A stretch of DNA of 64,000 bases. Source: Candidatus Latescibacterota bacterium. GTDB lineage: Bacteria > Latescibacterota > UBA2968. The position numbers and the translations under genes are program-made. Under the pieces are notes generated by a model. The model searched no databases. It worked only from the letters and a program-made list of their open reading frames with translations, and was not told the origin of the DNA. Positions 10,168-18,973 of the stretch are shown here, piece after piece; positions within the stretch are counted from its first letter, which is position 1, and every line of letters starts with the position of its first letter. Location: the NCBI GenBank assembly GCA_965208125.1, contig OZ242320.1, forward strand, positions 4,256,001-4,320,000, written 5' to 3'.

Positions 10168-11646
10168 TCACGCAAACCCGCCGAGAAGCTGCTCTCTGGT
10201 CATTACCTTGATTGGTGGCAGGTTATCGACCATTCCCGCGTCCGTGCGTCGAAGCTCATCAATGGTTCCTTGCCGCAATTGGGCGAGCAACTCGTGGTAA
10301 TCGGATTCCAAAGCGAGGTTTTCCAGTTCCTCGGGGTCATTCTCGAGATCGTACATCTCTTCGATCTCCCCGGGGACGAGCCAGCGGATATATTTGTACT
10401 TTCCCGTGCACAGAGATACCCACCAGGGGATAGGAGGATTGCCTATTGGCTCGCCACAGCCGACATCGGTGTCTTCTCCAAAATAATGACCCGTACACTC
10501 CATCAGCAGCGGGCGATCCCATTCGGCGTTGGGATCGGAGAGCAATGGTGTCAGGTCCTCCCCGTGCATCTTCCAGGGTTGTTCCATGCCGATCAACGAG
10601 AGAAAGGTAGGCGGGATATCCTGGCCACCGATTGGCACATCGCATACTGTGCCTGCGGGAATCCGTCCCGGCAGCCGCATGATCATCGGTGCTTTGATAT
10701 TGGCATCATAGGGCGCCACCTTGAGTCGAAAGCCGTGCTGTCCCCAGGCAAATCCCTGGTCCGACGTAAAGACGACCAGGGTATCATCTAATTGCCCCAT
10801 CTCCTCTATGGCGCCGATCACCCTGCCAACCCCTTCATCCAGGGCGCGCACGCCCCGGTTGTATTGTTGTTCCCAATCGGTGAGGGTCCGTCCATCCCGG
10901 ATGCCTACCGGTTGGCCGTGATCTCCCTCGCGCCAAACACCATAGTCCCGCATATGTGTCGCCTTGGTCGGGCGCGGCGGATAGATGTCTTCTGGCGTGG
11001 GGACCTGGGAAACATCTGGATAATCCTGGAGATGGCGGTCAGCCACTTTCCAGGGGCCGTGTACTGCGTCATAGCACAGCCAGAGGTGCCAGGGCTTATC
11101 CGGTTCTTCTGCCCGTCCACGGAGAAATTCAAGTGCATACTCCGTGTAGTTATCGGTAGAATAGCCGCCAACCGGTTCCGGCGGCCCCCCGTTGATGCTC
11201 ATATTCTGATTGACATAGTAGGGCCCGTATTTCTCGGGTTGGCTGTGGTCCCAGATGGCAGAAAAATCCCAGTACCGACCGTGACCATGATCGGGACCTG
11301 TGTGCCATTTGCCGACGATGCCTGTGTACCAACCGTTCTCACGGAGATTCTCGAGCCAGTACGGACACTGGTCTGGATCGCGGACATAGTTTGGGTAGCT
11401 CGTGGGCAGGTGCATGCTCATCACGCCATGCGGCAATTTTCCGGTCAGGTACGTGGCGCGTGAAGGCGCACACCAGGCACTGGTATAGCAGTTGGAAAAA
11501 CGCATCCCCTCATGGGCGAGACGATCAATGTTTGGCGTACTGATCCACGAATGCGCCTCGGGATAGCAACTCACAGACCGAAAGCTCTGATCGTCGGTGA
11601 AGATGTATAAAATGTTGCTCGGATGGTTCGATTGATCATGGTTCAT
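10168..11646 (-). CDS. S1 sulfatase
   Basis: NILYIFTDDQ, CAPSR, GKWH, SDQG. Confidence 0.92.
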   Translation of the reverse strand: MNHDQSNHPSNILYIFTDDQSFRSVSCYPEAHSWISTPNIDRLAHEGMRFSNCYTSAWCAPSRATYLTGKLPHGVMSMHLPTSYPNYVRDPDQCPYWLENLRENGWYTGIVGKWHTGPDHGHGRYWDFSAIWDHSQPEKYGPYYVNQNMSINGGPPEPVGGYSTDNYTEYALEFLRGRAEEPDKPWHLWLCYDAVHGPWKVADRHLQDYPDVSQVPTPEDIYPPRPTKATHMRDYGVWREGDHGQPVGIRDGRTLTDWEQQYNRGVRALDEGVGRVIGAIEEMGQLDDTLVVFTSDQGFAWGQHGFRLKVAPYDANIKAPMIMRLPGRIPAGTVCDVPIGGQDIPPTFLSLIGMEQPWKMHGEDLTPLLSDPNAEWDRPLLMECTGHYFGEDTDVGCGEPIGNPPIPWWVSLCTGKYKYIRWLVPGEIEEMYDLENDPEELENLALESDYHELLAQLRQGTIDELRRTDAGMVDNLPPIKVMTREQLLGGFA

Positions 11647-11691
11647 TTGTTTGTTCTCCTGTCTTTTAAATTGGGTCGAAAATCCATCAGC

Positions 11692-13161
11692 TCAGCGTTT
11701 CACCTGGGTATAGGGGCTTGAAATATACTGCTTGTAGCCGTTAACCTCTCGTCCATGATTGCTGAAGAAATCGATCTGGGAAAACCCATCCTTTAACGGT
11801 ATGGTTGCAGTCCAGGCACCAGTCTTTGCATCGCGTTCCATATCCATCCATTGGTCTGCGGGGATTTGCTCGTGCAAGAAGGGGGCGGAACCTGCCGGAG
11901 CGCGATCATAGATCCACCATATGCGTCCGTTTATCGGCTGAGGTCCTTCATTAAAACGCACGCTGACACTTAGTTTGTCCTTGGAGATTTTATAATTTGA
12001 CTTCGGAGGCTGTAGCAAAGGCTCGCCACCAAAGAAGTGATGCCAGAGGAAGGCGTCTTTATTCTGTTCGTCCTTTGCAGCAGCGACATGCGGCGTTTGC
12101 GAGTGCCCACCGTTAGGTTCGTAATAGACTGGCAACTGGGGATGGTTTTGCGCTCCCCAGAGAATATCGTAGGCGACATAGTCATGCGTTCCCGGCTGAA
12201 AAAGAATATCAACGCCGCGCTCCATCAGACGATCCCAATTCTCCGTAACGCTCACCCCGGGCCGTAAGCGATCCGCAAAGCTTTGCATATCGTCCAGGGA
12301 TTTCCCCATTTTCAGCGCCATCTTACCCATACTGCGCTCAGATCCCACCATAACGCCTTGATACCATTTGGCGCGTTTTGGATCCAGGTCGATATCGCCG
12401 GCCTTTACAGCCTCAAAGAATGCTTTGTTTGCCTCTTCAGCTTTCGCCGTTGCTTCCCTGTCGGCTCTTCGAGTCGGCGAAAAGTAAGCAAACGCATGGT
12501 TGGAGCATGTCGCGGTAAAACGCTCGTCATGTATCAAGGCGACCGCAGGCGACATGCCGTTCTTGGAGCTGCCCGAACCGGCCACTTTGCCTTTTTCGAA
12601 GTAGTCGGTTTCCGCATACGCCGCGGTGGTTGCCCGCATTAAGGTCATCGACCAAATCCAGAGAGTCGTGTATCGAGGATTCAGGTCTTTCATGAACCTG
12701 CGCATCATTTTTTGCTCCAAACCCTGTTTCCCCGGAATCTGCCTAAACGCCTTGACGTGCGTCTTAACGAGGCCAACGCCACCTGCCAGCAGTTTTGCCT
12801 GAAAGTCGGTTGGGCGCGAGTCTTTCATCAACGTCTCATAGGGATTGGCTCCCGTAATGCTAAAGCCCTTCGCCTTGCCTTCGAGCGGCACAATCATACG
12901 CACCGGGATCCGATAATCTTGTCCCGGCCACCATTCGGCGACGTTGATTTCGATGAGCTTCTGTCGCGTCGTGCCTATCACCTCATCTACATGCCAGTCC
13001 TTCAACGTCTTTATATCCAGCGTGCTTTCGTCAAGAATCTCTTCAATATTGAACATGTCGCAATTCATACCAGAATCCTTCTCAGAATCGGCAGCAAACG
13101 CTACGGAAATCGCAAAAGTCGCGAGAATAACCAGCGATGCCATTATTCTAATTCTATCCAT
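11692..13161 (-). CDS. Secreted alpha/beta-hydrolase-like protein (PqaA-like), copy A
   Basis: Signal peptide (..SVAFA|AD); GSSKNG nucleophile-elbow-like motif, GTHD, NGGH; paralog of 16536..18020. Confidence 0.6.
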   Translation of the reverse strand: MDRIRIMASLVILATFAISVAFAADSEKDSGMNCDMFNIEEILDESTLDIKTLKDWHVDEVIGTTRQKLIEINVAEWWPGQDYRIPVRMIVPLEGKAKGFSITGANPYETLMKDSRPTDFQAKLLAGGVGLVKTHVKAFRQIPGKQGLEQKMMRRFMKDLNPRYTTLWIWSMTLMRATTAAYAETDYFEKGKVAGSGSSKNGMSPAVALIHDERFTATCSNHAFAYFSPTRRADREATAKAEEANKAFFEAVKAGDIDLDPKRAKWYQGVMVGSERSMGKMALKMGKSLDDMQSFADRLRPGVSVTENWDRLMERGVDILFQPGTHDYVAYDILWGAQNHPQLPVYYEPNGGHSQTPHVAAAKDEQNKDAFLWHHFFGGEPLLQPPKSNYKISKDKLSVSVRFNEGPQPINGRIWWIYDRAPAGSAPFLHEQIPADQWMDMERDAKTGAWTATIPLKDGFSQIDFFSNHGREVNGYKQYISSPYTQVKR

Positions 13162-13223
13162 TGCCTTCTCCTTTGCAGATTTGGTGTGGCTCGCTAAGAC
13201 CTATTTTGGTTCCAGGCTGTCTC

Positions 13224-13253
13224 TTAGACAACCGGCCTGATTTCAGGTGCTCC
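13224..13253 (-). pseudogene. Orphan 3' end of a PhyH paralog (GAPEIRPVV*)
   Basis: Minus strand GGA GCA CCT GAA ATC AGG CCG GTT GTC TAA. Same peptide as the C-terminus of 22885..23739; 24 bp identical to 18867..18890; overlaps, out of frame, the end of the 13243 gene. Confidence 0.8.
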
Positions 13254-14337
13254 GTCTCGCCGATGGCCTCGATGCGAAAGAAGCTGCAACCGTGCGAACA
13301 GCCTCGCTCCAATCATCCCAAAGCCCCGGACCTTCCGGGCGAGGCTCTGGCGGGGGAACTTCTGGCCCAAGTTCAAGTTCGTGGAGTTTTCTCACGTTGG
13401 GCGGTGGCGATGGTCGTGGCCCTTTGACATAACGGCCGTTATATACTCTGTCATATACAGATTTTTTGTAAGCATCATAAAGAATCATCTGTCGAATCTG
13501 CGGAGGATTGCTGTAGTTCCGCGTTGCCGAGTGGAACATTCGCCCGTGCCACAAAACCACATCGCCCTCGTCACCAAAAAACTCAAAGGGTTCAATGTCG
13601 GCGAGTGCGTCCTTGAGTCCTGCAGGCTGCGGCAAAACAAATGCCGCAGCGCCGCTTTCCGGATGGGGCGAATGTAGAATTGAATAGCGGGCAAGATCTA
13701 CAGAGTCCGGCTCTGCTTCGTAGAGCAAGCGGTGACTGCCGGGAAAAAGGGCGATGCCACCTCCACCCCTGGGAACCTGATCAACGTATGCGCTTGCCAC
13801 CAGATGCACCGGCTCGGGATCAATGTGTGCACCGGCACGGACGGCATCCGCCAGAGCAGGTGAGTCGCCAGGACGCTCTCTCGGCAGCACGCAATACATA
13901 CCGCGCAACTCCTTGCCACCCCAGACTGGCCAACCACGCAACCGACTTCCACGCGGATCTGGATCGGCCGCGGAGGAAGTTACCTCTGGTGTCACAACTT
14001 CACCTTCGCCGAGAAGTTGCTCAAACCACGGGAATACACGGCGTGGAAGCAAGTTGATTAAGTCCTCGTCGCCAGAGAGTTCACGCAATCGCCAGCCGTG
14101 GTCACCGGTGCGATCATTCATGCCATCAGGCGTGCTTTGACGATCTGCCTCCGGAAGACCGTTTAGCCAGGTTTGAGGATCGTCTCGGCGCAAATGACTT
14201 GAGGTGTTTCCCGCCCACAGCCTGTCCCGCGCTGCAGCACAAAGTTTGGGGTCGAGAATATTTCGTTTAACGAGGAATCCGTTCGTAATAAATTGTTGGA
14301 TCTCTTCTGTACTCAGTGCTGCCAATGCTGTATTCAT
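13243..14337 (-). CDS. PhyH family dioxygenase
   Basis: Start MNTALAALSTEEIQQFITNGFLV; HID motif, FPGSH, WHGRMFHS. Confidence 0.85.
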   Translation of the reverse strand: MNTALAALSTEEIQQFITNGFLVKRNILDPKLCAAARDRLWAGNTSSHLRRDDPQTWLNGLPEADRQSTPDGMNDRTGDHGWRLRELSGDEDLINLLPRRVFPWFEQLLGEGEVVTPEVTSSAADPDPRGSRLRGWPVWGGKELRGMYCVLPRERPGDSPALADAVRAGAHIDPEPVHLVASAYVDQVPRGGGGIALFPGSHRLLYEAEPDSVDLARYSILHSPHPESGAAAFVLPQPAGLKDALADIEPFEFFGDEGDVVLWHGRMFHSATRNYSNPPQIRQMILYDAYKKSVYDRVYNGRYVKGPRPSPPPNVRKLHELELGPEVPPPEPRPEGPGLWDDWSEAVRTVAASFASRPSARRST

Positions 14338-14354
14338 GGAAATAACCCTTCTTT

Positions 14355-14401
14355 CTTCAATACTGAACCATTGTACGGACTTCAATACCGAACCATTGTA
14401 C
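14355..14401. repeat. 22-bp tandem direct repeat (2 copies, period 25) in a promoter region
   Basis: CTTCAATACTGAACCATTGTAC / CTTCAATACCGAACCATTGTAC, 1 mismatch. Confidence 0.85.
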
Positions 14402-14423
14402 AAAAAAAAGAGTTGGATTTCAA
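14395..14423 (-). promoter_or_regulatory. Sigma70-like promoter for the 14337 gene
   Basis: Minus strand TTGAAA-17 nt-TACAAT. Confidence 0.65.
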
Positions 14424-14604
14424 CAATTCTTAAAAGACAGGTACTTACGGAAGGCGATATATGTTATTGGGATTTTGCTCGAAAATCACCCTGAACAAAT
14501 TCGCTTGCTTCATGTCTGTCTCTTTTTGTAGTATGCATCCGAATCCTGCCCCTGGACACCAGCAGTAGTTTTGGTGATTTCAAATACATTGAGGAGGAAG
14601 AAAA

Positions 14605-16167
14605 ATGAAAGCAAGACCATTCAAAGGTGCGAAGATAGGCAGGGCTCTGACCATTGCATTGCTATTGGCTTTGACCGCGGGCAACGTCGCGGCCCAAAGC
14701 CCCACCGAGCTGCCGGCCAAAGATTTGAGCACGATTGATTTGTCAAAATCGGAAGGTGCTAAATACTTTCTCATAGTAAAGGCTTATGCCGATTATATGA
14801 TTATCCACGGGCGCGACCGTTACGGAAGAGAACATTCGCCCCTTTTTGCCACAACGCTTAACCGGGAAACCGGAAATGTATATCGCGAAAATCCTCCCGA
14901 TGCACCCAAAGGTATCCGCAATGGCGATCGCACTTGGCGTGGTTCAAATACGTCAAAAGATAATGGTTTATACAGCATACTTTATCATTTGACAGAAATC
15001 ACCGGAGATGACAAGTATGCACGGGAAGCGGATAAAGCAATCAAATGGTTTTTTGCCAACTGCCAAAGTCCTGAAACGGGATTTATGGCCTGGGGAGAAC
15101 ACATCGGTTGGGATTTTTTTACAGAGGCGCCTATTAAAATGGGTACTCGATCTTTGACACACGAGTACAAAATTTTCAATTATTGGGACAAGGTGTGGGA
15201 ATTTAATCCGGAAGCTGCTGAAAAGTTTGCACTGGGATTATGGGAACACCAGATTTATGCGCACGAAGGACCAGAAGCGGGCGAGTTTAGCCGACATGCC
15301 AGTTATGACACGCATAGTCCTGGAAAAGGAAGAGCTTTTCCCGCACATGGCGGCAATTATATCTATGTTTGGACAAAAGCATATCGGGAAACTGGCAAAG
15401 AAGTTTTTTTAACCGCCATTGAAACCGTATTGAATTATTATGAGCGAAATACAACCGATAAAGGTGCGATCTTATATGCATCAGATTTTCCTGAGCAATA
15501 TTCTTTGAAACAAAGTATGAATCTGGCATCCAATCTTTATCGCGCAAAGGATTTTATGCCCGCAGACCTTGCAAATAGGATGAAGAAATTGTCAGAAGGA
15601 ACAGATTCTTTGTATTTAAGTTTTGATCACGATCCGTCAAAAGGCGGAAAAGGATTTCTTGAATCCGCCAATCTTATGACCCTTGTACCGGGGAATTTTC
15701 GGAGGTCAAGTACTGGAACGGATGCCTGGACTGAAATGTGGTCGGCTGGTTATGGGGTGGGATCGGGAAGTACCGAGCAGGCAAACAAATGTTATGCGCG
15801 GTATAAACTAACAGGTATTGAAGGCTATAGAATCCTTTTTATGAAAGCGGTGAATGCCTATTACAACGAAGATCCTCCGCCGTCAGCAGTACTTTATCCC
15901 AGCAATTATTCCAGCATATTTAATATGATGATGAGTGCGTATGAATTAACAGGGGCAGAACGTTTTTTAAGCAAAGCAAAAACGTATATGGACTTATCGG
16001 TAGAAACTTTTCTGAGTGATCAATCCCCTCTGCCAAAAGCATCAAACCAAAGTGAACATTATGAAGCCATAACAGGTGGCCCAGAATTAATGGAAAATGT
16101 GCTGCGTTTATGGATGGTGATGAATCCTCAGGATCGTGCTGGCGAAACTGAAATAGGTGAAAAATAA
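14605..16167 (+). CDS. Secreted hypothetical protein, probable alpha/alpha-barrel glycan-active enzyme
   Basis: RBS GAGGAGG, signal peptide; GRDRYG..HSPLF, WGEH, FSRHA, FPAHGG, HYEAITG motifs; AT-rich body. Confidence 0.6.
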   Translation: MKARPFKGAKIGRALTIALLLALTAGNVAAQSPTELPAKDLSTIDLSKSEGAKYFLIVKAYADYMIIHGRDRYGREHSPLFATTLNRETGNVYRENPPDAPKGIRNGDRTWRGSNTSKDNGLYSILYHLTEITGDDKYAREADKAIKWFFANCQSPETGFMAWGEHIGWDFFTEAPIKMGTRSLTHEYKIFNYWDKVWEFNPEAAEKFALGLWEHQIYAHEGPEAGEFSRHASYDTHSPGKGRAFPAHGGNYIYVWTKAYRETGKEVFLTAIETVLNYYERNTTDKGAILYASDFPEQYSLKQSMNLASNLYRAKDFMPADLANRMKKLSEGTDSLYLSFDHDPSKGGKGFLESANLMTLVPGNFRRSSTGTDAWTEMWSAGYGVGSGSTEQANKCYARYKLTGIEGYRILFMKAVNAYYNEDPPPSAVLYPSNYSSIFNMMMSAYELTGAERFLSKAKTYMDLSVETFLSDQSPLPKASNQSEHYEAITGGPELMENVLRLWMVMNPQDRAGETEIGEK

Positions 16168-16204
16168 ATACAATTTCAACTTACAGAGAAATAGGGAAGT
16201 GACC

Positions 16205-16342
16205 ATGCAAAAAACTAAAACCACCTGATTGGAGGAGCACAATATGGGACTGGAAGTTTACGATTCAATACGGTGGAATCACATCAGTAAAACCAGTTTT
16301 TTCATTTGGAGAAAATCAATCAGTCAGGAGTCTAACAGATGA
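16205..16342 (+). pseudogene. Two consecutive RBS+ATG gene-start stubs (MQKTKTT*; MGLEVYD...)
   Basis: GGGAAG..ATG 16205-TGA 16228; GGAGGA..ATG 16244-TGA 16342; neither leads into a full gene. Confidence 0.45.
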
Positions 16343-16468
16343 ACAATACCAACTGAGCCTGGTTTGGGTATTAGCATCGATGAAGATAAACTCATGGCAC
16401 AGGTTGGCGAACCCCGGCCCCGCAGCACCAGTTACGGTCTCGATGATGGATCGGTTGTAGACTGGTAG
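16339..16468 (+). pseudogene. Remnant of a galactonate dehydratase/enolase-superfamily gene (last ~40 codons, preceded by RBS+ATG stub)
   Basis: 16346-16468 reads IPTEPGLGISIDEDKLMAQVGEPRPRSTSYGLDDGSVVDW*, a DgoD-like C-terminus (PGLGI.ID, DGSVxDW); AGGAG+ATG at 16339 is out of frame. Confidence 0.75.
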
Positions 16469-16535
16469 GATTTGCCATAATTTTTAGGAAAACGAACGCG
16501 CAACCCCAATGATCCCATTTGCTTCACCTCAGCCA

Positions 16536-18020
16536 TCAATGCTGAGATGGCGAAAGTTCCACTCGGGTATAAGGGCATGAAAGATACTGCTTGTAGCCGT
16601 TAACCTCTCGTCCATAATTGCTAAAGAAATCGATCCGAGAAAACCCCTCCTTTAACGGTATGGCTGCCGTCCATACGCCAGTCTTTGCATCATATTCCAT
16701 CTCCATCCATTGGTCTTCGGGGATTTGCTCGTGCAAGAATGGGGCGGAACCTGCCGGAGCGCGGTCGTAGATCCACCATATGCGTCCACTTTTCGGCTGA
16801 GGTCCTTCATTAAAACTCACGCTGACACTTAGTTTGTCCTTGTCGACTTTATGGCTCGACTTCGGAGGCTGTAGCAAGGGCTCGCCGCCAAAGAAGTGAT
16901 GCCAGAGGAAGGCATTGAGATTCTGATTATTTTTTGCTGCCGCGCTATGCGGTGTTTGTCTGTGTCCACCATTGGGTTCGTAATAGACCGGCAACTGAGG
17001 ATGGTTTTGCGCGCCCCAAAGAATGTCAAATGCAACATAGTCATGTGTTCCCGGCTGAAAAAGCATATCGACGCCTCGCTCCGTTAGCCGATCCCAATTC
17101 TCTGTCACACACAATCTGCTAAGAATGCAATCTGCCAGGTTGTGTATTTCGTCCCAGGATCTTCCCGCTTTCAACGCAAGTTCATGCAGACTCCTCTTTC
17201 CTCCCACCATATTGGCTTGATACCAACGCGCGCGTTGTTTGTTTAAATCGACATTGCCTGCCTTGACAGCCTCAAAGAATGCTTTGTTTGCCGCTCGCAC
17301 GTTATCCATCTCTTCCCTGTCAAATCTTCGAGTCGGCGAATAGTAAGCAAAGGCTCTATTGGAACATGTCGCGGTAAAACGCTCGTCATTAATCAAGGCG
17401 GTAGCAGGCGATATGCCGTTCTTGGAGCCGCCTGAGCCGGCCACTTTGCCTTTTTCAAAATGATCGGTTTCCGCATACGCGGCGGTTACAGCCCGCATTA
17501 AAGTCATCGACCAAATCCAGACCGTCGTGTATCGCGGGTTAAGGTCTTTCAGAAACAATTGTCCCACCTCTTGTTCCAGTCCCTGTTTTCCCGGGATCTG
17601 ATTGAACACCTTGACAACAGTCCTGACAATGCCAACGCCATTGGCTAACAGTTTTGCCTGAAAGGCGTTTGGTTTCGAATCTTTCATCAGTGCTTCATAT
17701 GGACTTCCTCCTGTGATATGAAAGCCCTTTGCTTTACCTTCGAGCGGCACAATCATGCGCACTGGAATCCGATAATCTTGTCCAGGCCACCATTCGGCGA
17801 CGTTGATTTCGATTAGCTTCTGTCGCGTCGTGCCTGTCGGCTTGTCCGTGTGCCAATCTTCCAACGTCTTTATATCCAGCGTGCTTTCGTCAAGAATCTC
17901 TTCAATATTGAACATGTCGCAATTCATACCAGAATCCTTCTCGGAATCGGCAGCAAACGCTACGGAAATCGTAAAAGTCGCGAGAATAACCAGCGATGCC
18001 ATTATTCTAATTCTATCCAT
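16536..18020 (-). CDS. Secreted alpha/beta-hydrolase-like protein (PqaA-like), copy B
   Basis: Paralog of 11692..13161; GGSKNG, GTHD, NGGH. Confidence 0.6.
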   Translation of the reverse strand: MDRIRIMASLVILATFTISVAFAADSEKDSGMNCDMFNIEEILDESTLDIKTLEDWHTDKPTGTTRQKLIEINVAEWWPGQDYRIPVRMIVPLEGKAKGFHITGGSPYEALMKDSKPNAFQAKLLANGVGIVRTVVKVFNQIPGKQGLEQEVGQLFLKDLNPRYTTVWIWSMTLMRAVTAAYAETDHFEKGKVAGSGGSKNGISPATALINDERFTATCSNRAFAYYSPTRRFDREEMDNVRAANKAFFEAVKAGNVDLNKQRARWYQANMVGGKRSLHELALKAGRSWDEIHNLADCILSRLCVTENWDRLTERGVDMLFQPGTHDYVAFDILWGAQNHPQLPVYYEPNGGHRQTPHSAAAKNNQNLNAFLWHHFFGGEPLLQPPKSSHKVDKDKLSVSVSFNEGPQPKSGRIWWIYDRAPAGSAPFLHEQIPEDQWMEMEYDAKTGVWTAAIPLKEGFSRIDFFSNYGREVNGYKQYLSCPYTRVELSPSQH

Positions 18021-18039
18021 TGCCTTCTCCTTGCTGTCT

Positions 18040-18786
18040 CTATGCCGTTTCCACTACGTTAGGACGGCGGACGGATGGGGGCGTGAGAACGCGTTTTTGT
18101 TGCTCGGTCAGGTCTTCGTAGTCTTCGTGATTGTAGTATATTGATGCGTAGGAAGCGTGGCCGGGGGTGAATTTGTAGAGTAGGGTTCTGCGTTCGTTTT
18201 CAGCAGTCCAGGGCAAGGTTCCGTGCATCGTCGCTTCTGTGAAGATGAGGGCGTCGCCTGTTTCTGCACTTGGATTGGCGAGGTAGTGAGGGATGCGCTT
18301 AAAGGAGCGAACCTCTTCAGGGACGTTGAGGGCAAAATTGGATTTGTGTGAACCGGGTACGCAGCAGAATCCGCCAGAACCTGGGGGGGCGGGTGCAAGG
18401 AAGTAGACGACTACGGTCAAGCCATTGCGCATGACGCCGTCGCGATATTTGTAATAGTGCGTACCTGCACGATGGTCCCCACCATGGAGGCCACCTTTGC
18501 GCCCACCTTGACGCATAAAGATGCCGTAGTCGTGGTCGGCACGAAATTGGGGGCCGAGGAGTTCGCTGAGGTAAGGAATCATGTTGGGGTGGTCAAACAG
18601 ATTTTGGAAGGGTTTGCCCCAGAGCGAGACTCTGCGGGGAATCTTGAGTCCGTTATTCACTTCCTCTTGGTCGGCCATTTTTTGATCGGCAATTGCATTG
18701 AGTTCGTCTACTTCGGCTTGAGAGAGTACATTTTTGACAACGATGTATCCTTGCAGGTCAAATATGAATTTTTCTTCAAGTGTCAC
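18040..18786 (-). CDS. PhyH family dioxygenase with HxG motif
   Basis: GTG start, RBS AAGGGAG; KFIFDLQG, LHGG, VPGSHK, EATMHG. Confidence 0.87.
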   Translation of the reverse strand: MTLEEKFIFDLQGYIVVKNVLSQAEVDELNAIADQKMADQEEVNNGLKIPRRVSLWGKPFQNLFDHPNMIPYLSELLGPQFRADHDYGIFMRQGGRKGGLHGGDHRAGTHYYKYRDGVMRNGLTVVVYFLAPAPPGSGGFCCVPGSHKSNFALNVPEEVRSFKRIPHYLANPSAETGDALIFTEATMHGTLPWTAENERRTLLYKFTPGHASYASIYYNHEDYEDLTEQQKRVLTPPSVRRPNVVETA

Positions 18787-18866
18787 GGAGAATCTCCCTT
18801 TCTATATGGTCAGGTAAACCAGACCCTGGTTCGCTTCTATTTCCTCTGTTCCGTTCCCTATCTTTT

Positions 18867-18929
18867 TTAGACAACCGGCCTGATTTCAGGCGCGCGTTCC
18901 ACTTGTTCCTGCGTTAATATTTGCTCCAT
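18867..18929 (-). pseudogene. Collapsed PhyH minigene MEQILTQEQVER-APEIRPVV*
   Basis: RBS GGAG, ATG 18929, 20 codons, TAA 18867. PhyH-type N-terminus (LTQEQVE) joined in frame to the PhyH C-terminus seen in the 22885 gene. Confidence 0.8.
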
Positions 18930-18973
18930 TACATCTCCAGAAAATCAGTATTGATAAAAACACAGAGGGGATT

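Noticed and set aside
14355-14401. CRISPR-like repeat
   Set aside because: Only two copies with a 3-bp spacer, and no cas genes
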